Source: Seison nebaliae (taxonomy: Eukaryota). From it: a stretch of DNA of 64,000 nt. The notes below the pieces were generated by a model, which saw nothing but the letters and a program-made list of their open reading frames with translations, was not told the origin of the DNA and did no database searches. Position 1 is the stretch's first letter. Each line of letters begins with the position of its first letter. The position numbers and the translations under genes are program-made. The stretch is taken from positions 1 through 64,000 of the forward strand of contig JALJEE010000341.1 in NCBI GenBank assembly GCA_023231475.1, written 5' to 3'. This document shows positions 24,337 to 35,289 of the stretch, one piece after another.

Positions 24337-25944
24337 TTATGAGTTCTTTCGAACGATTTCTGTCCAACGTTCAACATATTCATTATGAATATCTTTTCTT
24401 GAATAGAAGAGACCATCAATATATTCATTTCGTATTGCTTTTAAGAAAAGGCGAAGATCCTCCAATTTATAAACTAACTTGTTACTCACAAAATTCCAAT
24501 AAGTGCCGTCCAATGAGCGTGTTAAAGACATAAGATGTGTTATCTTATCTATTTTTTCCTTCTCAGTATTTAGACCACCTAAAAAATACTTACAAACATT
24601 GCTAAACAAATTTTGAAGAAAATCTATTGACAACATATAATTATCTCGTAATCGACTACCATAGTGTTCTTCTAAGATCTCGTATGCTCTTTCAAGTTTT
24701 ACCATTTGATAATTGACACAGTCTCTCATCTCAATTGTAAGGGGACCGAACGATATGCTTGTCATAGGTGGAAGTTTAAGTAAAAAGCAACCACGAGCAA
24801 TCGAGAATAAAATTGCTGTTACATCATATACTAAATCCTTTGATTTAATTACGGGATCGTCGAACAGTCGAATATTTTGTAGTTCAGTATCAGGTTCCAG
24901 TTCTGCATGATTGAAAGTTAGTACGACCCCTGTTCTTATGATTTGATCGTGTATAGAGGGAAGGGACTTTTTTGAATTTAACATTTCCAATAATTCCGCA
25001 AGATAATGGAGATGCACTTGATATAATTCGGCATTGGAATAATATTCCAGATCATGGAATTTCTTTCTATTTATTCCAACTACTACCCAATTTGGTATAA
25101 TGTCGTCCACAATCTCGCCCAGCTTTATCACTTGAAACGGAGATAAAAGATCAATGATCTTGTCAGCTCGAATTTTATATTCATATCTATAAAGTTCATT
25201 TTCATGTTTTTTGATAGGTTTATATCGTATAGACATTGCTACTAAACTTAATGGTCTTATGAAACTAAATCCGGTTTCTTGGTCATAGGTAGAACCCATC
25301 CTCATATATCTGCGTGCAATGTCGGGGAATAACAAACGAGATACTGAACCTGGAAATAAATATTCTAAAAATGTTGACATATCAGAATATACATTTTTCT
25401 TCGCTAGGCTTTCATATGATCTACGATAAGGTTGGGAATAGTATCTTGGTGTAATGACCATATCTTTTACCTTCTTGCACATTCTATTAACAGTATTTGA
25501 AGAGTTTGAACATCGTTCTTTATCTACAATTAAACTGAAGTATTCTAAATAATTTCCATGGTGCAAAGTTCGACACTCTCCCAGTTTAATATTCCATGAT
25601 TTTAAAATTTCCATCGCCAAAAAATCTGATGCAAGTTTTTGGGCACTAACCATATCATCTACCGGATTATTCACTTGTTTTCTCACCTGTTCCGTTATAG
25701 ATTGCCAATCCTTATGTTCATAGTAACGAAAGAGTGCCAACATGAAATGTGGTATAGTTTGAAGCGCAGCCAATGTACCAATGCCCACACAACAACCAAC
25801 GCAGTTACTCGGCAACGTTGGATGTTCCTCTGGCCTGTTATCTACAGTACTACAAACAGTAATTCGCGCATTATATGGTTGATAGGGATATTCCTCTGGG
25901 CGCATCTTTCTTGCTGATTGTGGATCTATATAAATTTTGTCCAT
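24337..25944 (-). CDS. Intronless 535-aa protein, possibly a highly divergent ubiquitin-specific protease (C19)-like fold
   Basis: Long ORF with USP-box-like segments in the expected order: SNCVGCCVGIGTLAALQTIPHF, SDMSTFLEYLF, IPNWVVVGINRKKF, YDVTAILFSIARGCF. Confidence 0.5.
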   Translation of the reverse strand: MDKIYIDPQSARKMRPEEYPYQPYNARITVCSTVDNRPEEHPTLPSNCVGCCVGIGTLAALQTIPHFMLALFRYYEHKDWQSITEQVRKQVNNPVDDMVSAQKLASDFLAMEILKSWNIKLGECRTLHHGNYLEYFSLIVDKERCSNSSNTVNRMCKKVKDMVITPRYYSQPYRRSYESLAKKNVYSDMSTFLEYLFPGSVSRLLFPDIARRYMRMGSTYDQETGFSFIRPLSLVAMSIRYKPIKKHENELYRYEYKIRADKIIDLLSPFQVIKLGEIVDDIIPNWVVVGINRKKFHDLEYYSNAELYQVHLHYLAELLEMLNSKKSLPSIHDQIIRTGVVLTFNHAELEPDTELQNIRLFDDPVIKSKDLVYDVTAILFSIARGCFLLKLPPMTSISFGPLTIEMRDCVNYQMVKLERAYEILEEHYGSRLRDNYMLSIDFLQNLFSNVCKYFLGGLNTEKEKIDKITHLMSLTRSLDGTYWNFVSNKLVYKLEDLRLFLKAIRNEYIDGLFYSRKDIHNEYVERWTEIVRKNS

Positions 25945-26482
25945 AATTCACAATAAAACAGAAAATACGACATAAACTGTTAAGAAGTCGAAACTAAAAA
26001 CAAAGAAACAAAAAATTTCGTAAATTTTCTTTTTCTTGAACTTTATATATATAATGAAATTTACAACACTACCAGATAGCGGATCAACGGGATTCGAGTT
26101 GCCCAACTCTTTTTTAAACTTTTAGGTAAATATACAGATCTATTTAAAAGTAATCAGACAAAATTTGATTTTTTTAATGCTCATAACAAAGTGTCTCATC
26201 TTGCCCAACAACATGATATTATTAATAAATATAAGTATTAATCAAATGTCAAACATAATTACAACGTGTTGCAGCAATCGAATATTAAGAATGTTTGCTA
26301 ATAGAAGAATTCGTTGAAAGTTATTTACAACTAAAATTTTATTTGGAATTTAAAACTGAACAGAAACAATAACTGTGAAACGGAAAATAAACTGAAAATA
26401 AATAAATAAAAATAAATAAAATGAGGTAAGTTACATTGTAGATTATACATATATTTTTAAATCCATATAATATTGTTAATCA

Positions 26483-29400
26483 TTAATTTATTATCTTAAT
26501 ATTATCTTTCAGAACTATTTCAGATAATAGTTGATGCTAGAGAAAGAAATTAATGAATTTTTTGAATGAAAAATATTAACGTTATGAAAATTGTATCGAT
26601 TAATCAGATATACCAATTTAGGAAATGAATAATGTTCACACGAACAAATGACGTTGTTCTTCAATCCACAATATTTCAGATAATTTCTTCGATATCCACA
26701 AATCCGACCCGTTTCGTCCAAAGGTGCGAGATATGTTCCCTTAAACTTGGTCATATACGATACATCGAGAAAGACTAATTTCCGAGAAACAGTTCCCACA
26801 AATGAAATTGACACGTCACTTACATTTTCACATCCGCTAATATCTAATTCCGTTAAATTGAAGCAACTACATAAAAGAAGTTCCGTAAATAAATTAAAGA
26901 AGATAAATCACTAAACAATTTAGATAGTTTTATGACAAAGTTATCTCCGATTTTCACGGAATTCGTTAAAGAGATCGATGTCAATCGTTCGAATGGTACG
27001 GGAACTTCAGGAAACATTTGGTACATCATATCATGGAAACGATTATTCATATAAGCATCGATGTCACAAGTGACGGAAGCAAGAAGATAATCATCATTCT
27101 GAGTTCGTCTCTTTAACGATTGTAATCCTTCGTTATTGAATGCCCATTTGCTGACCATATGTAAAATACTTTGTGGTAAGAAATTGATGTGGTCACTCAA
27201 TTTCTCTGGTTCTTCAAAGAGAACTACTTCTCGAATTAATTTCAAAACGTTTTTTCCTTTATTTTCTGGATTTCTACTCCACACTCTCGCCCAATGAATA
27301 ATACATTTCCGCATCGCATTATACAAATCAATCCCATAAAGTACATCATCGAACCATCGTCCAATCGTTTCATTGGAAGTATTAATGAAAATATCTTTCG
27401 GGAGAATATTGACGATACTTCCGAAATATCGCGCTACATATGCAGTGTAGAAAACGTTGTTGACTGTTCGAGTAGGAAGGAAATTGTCCCCAGACATTCC
27501 AATATAATTCAAATATTGTTTCGTTATTTTCGTCAAATTATAAATGACATTTCGATTATCTCGATTGAGTTCGTTAGAAGAATCTTTAATCATTCGTAAT
27601 GTATCACGATAATCAGGCCAAATTAGTTCATTCATCGAACGACGTACTCCCAGGAATGAATTTAATCCTTTATCCTGCATACTGATATTGAACTTCACTA
27701 AATTTGGTAAATTCTAGAAATTAAATTATTTCTCATAGAGAGACGAAAAGGAAAAATATTTTATAGTTTTTCTAAAACAAAAGTAAAACTAACAAAAAGA
27801 AAAAGAAATTTTAAATCATTCATATCTCTCGTTGCTTCATCGGCACAAACATTTCGATTCTCTCCGATCATCAATTCCAATGTGATAATATTGAAGAAAG
27901 CTCCTTTCCGATGTTGACAACCTCCAGGTAAAATGGCAGAAATACATGCCACTGGCCATCTTACCACAGCTATTCGTAATGTAATAAGATAAACGGATAA
28001 TTTAGCAACTACAAATCTCAATAACATCCTTCCAATATATAAAGTTAAATAGAAGAAATTGAAGATAGAAAATGAAACCATCCGAACGGACTTTTAGTCG
28101 TATAATTATCGACTGATAAATGATAAATATGTGGAAGTTCTGAAATATTTTTTTCTAATCCAATTAAATTTGAAGGAGAATAAATAAAGAAATAAACTTT
28201 TAAACGACTCTATCGAATCTAATTTTTTCGAGAATATTTTTCGCAAACTGACGTGAGACATTTGGTCAGTGAGGCCGAAGGAGATTGAAGTTATTTTTGG
28301 GAATGTCCATAAAATTTCATCGATATGATGACTCGTCATTTCGGGGATATTTTCGATGGAAATCTCATGAAGATGAGACAATCCGATTTTATTGAATGAT
28401 TTCTCGTTATTATTGAAAATATAACAACAGAAATTGAGATTGATTGATCGAAGTTGTGGTGTATATTTGAGGAAACTTCTCAATTCGTTTGATGTGAAAT
28501 GTGGAATATTTCTCCCGTTCAAAGACAAATAAGAAATTCCTGAATTATTTACACTTCCCACCAACGACAAATACCAATATTCAATTCCGAAAAATTTCCT
28601 TCTCTCATTTAATTTCTCCAATTTCTCTGAAGTAATTATATTCGAATCTTTCTCAATTGAACTGGATTCATCAAAACCAGAATCATTACTCATTCCACTT
28701 TGGTTGTTTAGCAATGAATCGTCACTGATGATTCTCACTCGATTCTTTTCCACTCGCATGAAATTTCTGTGATTATGAGAATTATTTAAAAATTTTCTTC
28801 TTTTATTATTTCCCTCAATACTTCTTTCACATTTCCGTTTTTTCGATGATAATTGTAATTTCCTTTTTGATAGAATTCCATTCCATAATTGATGATGAAT
28901 TGATCGAACCGTTTCCATCGTTTTCAGAATGAGAATCACTTGTTCATTTTTGAAAATTGTATTAAAATTAATATTGAGAAAGAATGATCGATAATCGAAA
29001 GCGAACGGAGTCCACAAATTCGGTGCCAGCCAAACGAGAATAAGATTCGGATAAGCTCGCCACAAATTGACGAGACTCATATAATCATACATATGATATT
29101 TGGTGGAAGTGATATGATTCTTCGCACAACAATATTCCACTTGTTCCAGATCAATATAATGGACAGACTTCTGCAATAAACTATTCGAATGGAGATGATT
29201 CATCAATTCATCATTGGAATGAAATTTAAAAGATTCGGAAATGAATTCATTAAAAATCGAAAGAAATTCTTCCGATTCTTCTTTCTTTGCTTTTAATCGA
29301 ATGAAATATTTCCTAGAGAATGAATGATTCGATTGAATAATCGATTGAAGCCAACGTAGATAAATTTTCGCCGACAAATTTTTTTCATATTTCAATTTCT

Positions 29401-30046
29401 CATTAACGAAAAATTGTAAACGATCACTCATCTCTACGATAAGTCGATTTCTTAAGAGTGTTCGACGAAACTCTTCGATAATTCTTTTCAATTGTTTCAC
29501 ATCTTTCCGTTGAATGAATTGTCTGATATTATCTTTCGACATATTAATCGAATATTTGAGGACACGATTCATAACTCCATAAGACAAATTGGCAAGACAC
29601 ATATCCGATTTTGATTGAAAAGGAATTTCAATCAAATAAGAAGAATCATTCAAATTATTTCGTTCCTTAAAATAAATTTCTACATCTTTCTGGATCTGGC
29701 AACTATCGGATATCTTTTCTGAAACTTTCTTACTCTCATCAAATTCATATGACGTCGTCATATACATATATTTTAATTGTTGAGAAAATAATTTATAAGA
29801 TTCCATCGACGGACAATTTCTCCATAAAGTCGAATGAGAAATTTTCGGTTCCATTACAGAACTAATATTGGATGGAACTTTTTGACCGTCAAAAATTATC
29901 TCTCGAAATAACTCTTCATTCGGAATTTTTATATCTGCAATATTCACCATCACTTGCAACAACTGCATTATCGACATTCGCTCCTCATTATTCGTAATCA
30001 GAGAAGTAGATAATTTGGATAAAGGAATGTTATCCAAAACACACAT
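26483..30046 (-). CDS. Large leucine-rich repeat protein (cysteine-containing / FBXL-type LRRs), ~6 exons
   Basis: ORFs 28106-30046, 27761-28081, 26853-27698 and 26515-26814 join through short GTT..AG introns. LRR units include PQLRSINLNFC, HLHEISIENIPEMT and CFNLTELDISGCENVSDVSISFV. Confidence 0.7.
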
Positions 30047-30647
30047 CGTTTTCGAAAGTTTTCAATGCGTAAAAACAAGAATAATGATGTACAGAAATCT
30101 TCTTCTTTCTTGTAAAGAATAAATTTTATAAATTTATGTGAACGATCTTTCAACTACTTATGTATGCATGTAGGAGACTAACTGTGTGAGAGAAGACAAC
30201 GAACAAACGCATCTTCAAAAAGCGAGGGCTCTAAGCTTAAAATCGAAATATTGCGCCAAATTGATAGTCCAATGAAATGAATTGTTACTTTTTAATCATA
30301 AAAATTAGAAAATAAAAAAGTTCAATAAATAAGATTCTCATCAAAAAAAAACTTAAATTTAAACTTTAAGCGTTAAATTTTCTTTCTAACATTTTTAGGA
30401 AAATTTATTTATTGTATAACTATCGATTCTAATTATATATAGTATATTCGATATAATAGTAATAATAATAAATATAATATAATAATATATAAATGTATTT
30501 GTTTTTCTAATTTTGTTTTCAAATTATTGAAAAAGTTTCAAAAAAAATTTCAAATTTTAAGTTTTGAAAATTATTTAAAAAATAATAATTTCAAATGCAA
30601 ATTGTTCAAATACCTTGGTTGTTCTAATTCCTAATTCCCTGAACATA

Positions 30648-33600
30648 ATGACCGTTCAATCAACAATGGTTAGCGAATGTCATAGGTCGAATCCGAAAGC
30701 ACTTCCGACAATGGAGAGTTTCCTGGCGATGTTGTCGGGCGGATCAGCCCAAAAAAAATATATTCGGGAATTAGATTTGTCGAAAGTGTTGCCGGTTCTC
30801 TTATCGGATTGTAAATGTTCGAACGTCCTCCAATTGTTGTATTGTATCGAACATTATTTCGAGAATTTGAGTGAACAATCGAATTTCTCAATCGAAGAGA
30901 TAGTCAGTTATCTCAAGATTTATACAATATCATATCCGTGTATCTTCGCTCGAATGATGAATTCGACGGATGAAGTTTGTAATTTGGAAGTGTTGGAACA
31001 AATCAGGAAATGTCTCCGATATTTCGAAGAGTCATGGAACCATGATCCTTGTGATGTGTTCCGTATAAATTTGTTGAGAATTTTCTATGTAACAATCGTG
31101 ACGTTTACACCTGAAATGGGATCGATTTCGAATAAAAATAAAATTTTCCCAAAATTAATATCGATAAGAAAAGATCATAATATTATCGATTGTCAACAAT
31201 TGGTGCAGGAAGCGAAACGGTTATTTTTGTTGATTGTCGAGTACGGAAAATTGTCGAATGTGACGAGTGTTTCACTTCTGGTGACGATTCGTTGTATCGT
31301 CGATTTGATACGATGTCGTCCATATATGTATAAAGATTTGGTGAATTTAATGGAAAGTATTTGTTTGAACGTTCCCAAATATTTTGAGAAGACTCAAATT
31401 CAAAATTTGAATCAGATTATTTTGATGGAGTTGAAAGTCATCGAACGATTATCAATTTCTTTCATTTTCAACGAACAATTAATTAATATTTTTCGGTCAT
31501 TGGATGAGAGTCCTAATCGTAATTGTAAAATGCTTCCTCTCACCCAGGCGGAATTGATGGAATTGGGAAAATTGTCGATTGATTGGAAATGCACAAAAAT
31601 TGCAGAGAAGAATATGATGACAAGTAGTAGAAAACGGAAACGAGTCATCAATCAAATGGAACCGTCGAAAATGAAGAAAATAGAAACGAAGAAGAATATG
31701 GAAGTATCGAAACGATTGATCGTTTACGAGAAAGATTTGATAGAGAAAAAGTTACGTGAAGTGAATAAAACGAGATATTTCCATAAATATCGAGAGCAGA
31801 TGATATTTGATGGAATTCAACGACTCATTAATAATTGTGTTCGATGTACAGGAATGTATGTGAGAGAGATTCATTCAGAGAATGATCTGAAGAAGAAACA
31901 GAATCAATTGAATGATATTTCGACGACATTTGGACGATTGGGACAAACCGTCAATTATTCGTCGAATTCCATTCATTATTTATCGATTAATTCATTGTTA
32001 AATAATGAGATTGCTATGAAGAAATTGAAAAAGATAATTTTCGATTTACTTTATGGTCGTGTGATTGATGATGAAATTATCGATTTATTCCTTTATTGGC
32101 TCTATAAAGAATATTGTCTATGTTCTGGTTATTTATCCAAAGGACGACCACCATCAACACATGGTCGATATAAGAGTGTAGCTAAATTACTTTTCAGTTT
32201 AGTTAGTGAATTGGAGACACATCATATCGCCGAACAATCGAAACATCATTCTTATTTTAATACGATGAAAAACCGTTTTGTTCTTTGTGATTATTTGGAG
32301 AATAATTCCATCTCACAATCATCATCATCATCTTCATCGATGATGACATTTGATTGTTCGTTCGAAAAATTGATTTTATTATCACCTAATATTCCCAATG
32401 AAACTTTTAGTTTTATTAAAGAATTTTGTCTAATTTGTCATCGGACCATTATGGCACGTCAAAAGAAAACAAACAACGACATGTCTATGACACAGATGCA
32501 ACGGATAACTAATCAAGGATTAATTATAGTTTATAAATTATTAGTTCAGAGATTGGATGATGATCATGATGAGAAATTGTTGAGTATTTTAAAAGATTTC
32601 ATCTTTTACACTGAAGACGATGATGGAGATCGAGAGAATTTGTTGAGTTCACAAACTCTTTCACTTCTCATTCAATTGTATCGACAAATTCCAATAATTC
32701 GATCAATCATCGAACGAATGGCGAGAGAATGTGTGGAAAACTTAATTCTAAATGAAATGGACGAAGTGAGAAAGTTGTCTGTTCAGGATTTATATTTGAA
32801 ATTCCGTTTGATGGTTCGATTAATTCCTTATTCCGTCCATATGTTATATGAAACGAGAGAATTGTATGTAGAATTGAATGAGATAGAAGAAGTGAAAGAG
32901 ATCATACACATCAGTATCGAATCAAGTCTTCAACGTTTCCTCTTCGCCAATGATGATATTATCGATCAATTCCATCAATTCATTATCGATTCGACTAACG
33001 AGAAAGATATGAATGAAAATGAATTGGAGTCATCGAAAGAATTTCTCAAAATCGTTCTCGATGTTCTCCAATTCCATAAGATCCTCCAATTCAATACTAA
33101 TGACGATAAACGGTTCGATATCAGAAATCCTAATTTATTATTTCCTTCGAAAATCGCTCAAACATTATACGAATTATTTCAACAAAAAACATTTCCAATC
33201 ACTCACAAGAATCACATTCAATTTCTTAATTCATTCGTAGGAAGTTTACCAACTGAAACTTGTGAGGAACTCGTACAGAATTTGAAGGAAATTTTCTCAG
33301 ATATTCTCCTCGAAGGAGACGAAGAGACTTATTGTCAAATTACCGTTACTGATCTTCGACAATTTATTTATTGTTTAGTAACACATCCAATCATCAGTGG
33401 GAATGGAGCTCTGGAAAGAAAAGATTCCATCACCTCGAACATCTCCGTTACCAGTCAAACTAATTCCAACGGTTTTGGGATGGAAATTAAAAATCTTGTA
33501 CTCGATTTAATGTTATTGTCATATGATAAAACGGAGAATGCGGATGATGATAAGAGTGAAGTGAAATTAAATACAATCACTAAAACAGCAGTTCAATTCT

Positions 33601-34091
33601 GTATAAAAGATCCTCGAATGAGAGACAAAAACATTCGAGGAGGTCCAATGAATGAGGAGATGTTGTTAAACATTCTTACTCTCCTCTCCGCAAATATGAG
33701 GAAGAAATTTCAAGAAAATATTTGCTCAACAATTCATGTTGTTCCAAAACATTTCCTTTATGTCATTCATCGATTTCTCAATCTTTATCAAGGTAAACGA
33801 ATTTGTATTCACAACATCCTTCAAGAAATCATTCAAGATCTAATTCCTTTATGGCATTTTGAATGTTCCATGAAATACTTCTTATCCTCACTTCAATTAC
33901 TCTTACCGATGTCTGCTCGCATCATCATGAGATTACCATTCGATGTATTGAAGATGGTCATTCAAAATGGTAACGAATATCGGACATGTCTCTTGCCTCA
34001 ATTGCGGAATTTCCTCGGTCATCTCTCGTTGAATCAGCGCAAGAATATTTCTAGAGAAAATCAGGATTATATTGAAAATTTTCCTGGATAA
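30648..34091 (+). CDS. SYMPK: Symplekin (pre-mRNA 3'-end processing scaffold), intronless
   Basis: RKDHNIIDCQQLVQEAKRLF...VTSVSLLVTIRCIVDLIRCRPYMYKDLV...NVPKYFEKTQI matches the symplekin N-terminal domain. IDLFLYWLYKEY and the C-terminal PMSARIIMRLP also match. First ATG at 30648. Confidence 0.82.
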   Translation: MTVQSTMVSECHRSNPKALPTMESFLAMLSGGSAQKKYIRELDLSKVLPVLLSDCKCSNVLQLLYCIEHYFENLSEQSNFSIEEIVSYLKIYTISYPCIFARMMNSTDEVCNLEVLEQIRKCLRYFEESWNHDPCDVFRINLLRIFYVTIVTFTPEMGSISNKNKIFPKLISIRKDHNIIDCQQLVQEAKRLFLLIVEYGKLSNVTSVSLLVTIRCIVDLIRCRPYMYKDLVNLMESICLNVPKYFEKTQIQNLNQIILMELKVIERLSISFIFNEQLINIFRSLDESPNRNCKMLPLTQAELMELGKLSIDWKCTKIAEKNMMTSSRKRKRVINQMEPSKMKKIETKKNMEVSKRLIVYEKDLIEKKLREVNKTRYFHKYREQMIFDGIQRLINNCVRCTGMYVREIHSENDLKKKQNQLNDISTTFGRLGQTVNYSSNSIHYLSINSLLNNEIAMKKLKKIIFDLLYGRVIDDEIIDLFLYWLYKEYCLCSGYLSKGRPPSTHGRYKSVAKLLFSLVSELETHHIAEQSKHHSYFNTMKNRFVLCDYLENNSISQSSSSSSSMMTFDCSFEKLILLSPNIPNETFSFIKEFCLICHRTIMARQKKTNNDMSMTQMQRITNQGLIIVYKLLVQRLDDDHDEKLLSILKDFIFYTEDDDGDRENLLSSQTLSLLIQLYRQIPIIRSIIERMARECVENLILNEMDEVRKLSVQDLYLKFRLMVRLIPYSVHMLYETRELYVELNEIEEVKEIIHISIESSLQRFLFANDDIIDQFHQFIIDSTNEKDMNENELESSKEFLKIVLDVLQFHKILQFNTNDDKRFDIRNPNLLFPSKIAQTLYELFQQKTFPITHKNHIQFLNSFVGSLPTETCEELVQNLKEIFSDILLEGDEETYCQITVTDLRQFIYCLVTHPIISGNGALERKDSITSNISVTSQTNSNGFGMEIKNLVLDLMLLSYDKTENADDDKSEVKLNTITKTAVQFCIKDPRMRDKNIRGGPMNEEMLLNILTLLSANMRKKFQENICSTIHVVPKHFLYVIHRFLNLYQGKRICIHNILQEIIQDLIPLWHFECSMKYFLSSLQLLLPMSARIIMRLPFDVLKMVIQNGNEYRTCLLPQLRNFLGHLSLNQRKNISRENQDYIENFPG

Positions 34092-34328
34092 TTAACAAAA
34101 AACTAAAACTTGTTGACTTGAAATGAATTCAATAGAAAGTCTGATTTTTTTTCTATTTTTATTTTTCAAAATGTTCAGGAAATTCTTTTTATATTAAATA
34201 AATTTTGGTCTTTGAAATTTGCAAATAAATCTTTTTTCATTCGTTATGCGACATTAAGCTTTAATTTAAATTAATCGAAAATTAAATTTAAAAATTTTTT
34301 TGGATGATATTAAATTTTTTTAATTTCT

Positions 34329-34342
34329 GTTGTCATGGTAAC
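34329..34342. promoter_or_regulatory. RFX X-box GTTGTCATGGTAAC upstream of CYB5D1
   Basis: Consensus X-box ending 34 nt before the ATG of a ciliary (radial-spoke) gene. Confidence 0.8.
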
Positions 34343-34376
34343 TATGATACATTTTCATTTGGATTAGTTTGTGCTA

Positions 34377-35123
34377 ATGTCGGCGAAACGACCCAAATAT
34401 TATACGCCAACTGAAGTGCAGGTATGCAATCGATTGGGAGATTTTAAAGTTTCTTTTCTGGGGAAAGTTTACGATCTGACTAACTTGATAAAAGCTCATG
34501 CTGGTGGGATTTCCGTTTTTATTTATCGGATAAAATAATTTTATAAATAGATTCCATATTATTAAAACCGATTTTGGAGATGGCTGGACAAGATATCTCT
34601 CACTGGTTCAATAAAGAAACGGAGGATGTTAATCAAATAAATTTTATTTTTTTATTCAAATATTTCTGAACAGATTCGTCGATTTGTTGATCCTAAAACT
34701 TGCATCGAAACTTACTATTGCCCTAAAGGTAGATTTGTCCACATTCCTCCACTCGAACCGAATACGAATTGGGAAAATGATTTCGCGATACCTTGGTGGA
34801 AAGACAGTAATTATTTCGTTGGTTTTCTTTCGAAACGAACAAGAATGTTAAAGATCTGGAATACTTTGACTCGAAAGAGTCACATCGTTGAGGTATGTGA
34901 AGAAGAGACGTTGAACGAGATCATGGAGAGATACAAGAAATTGAACAGACATGCAGGAAGTTATCAATGGAAATATTTTGGGACTAATTTGGATATGGAT
35001 AAGACGTTGGAAGAGAACAATGTTCCGAATCACGACGAAGAATGTTATCGATTAGGATTGAACGAAGATGAATTTATCGAAGCAGTTTCCTTATATTTTA
35101 AAGACGATTTAACAGAAGATTAA
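34377..35123 (+). CDS. CYB5D1: Cytochrome b5 domain-containing protein 1, 3 exons
   Basis: [14 protein letters not shown]...[11 protein letters not shown]...[17 protein letters not shown]...GRFVHIPP...PWWKD...[11 protein letters not shown]...[12 protein letters not shown]...LYFKDDLTE. Confidence 0.95.
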
Positions 35124-35289
35124 ATAAATTTAAGTAGAAATGTTTATTCTTTAAAATGGTAGAAATAGAATAGTTCAGATAAATAAATTCAAATAAAAAA
35201 AGAAGAAGAATTACACGAAATGAAACGAAAGTTTTTTCAAGTTTTAATATCACACGGCTGAAATTTGGAGTTTTTGAAGAGAGAAAAAT

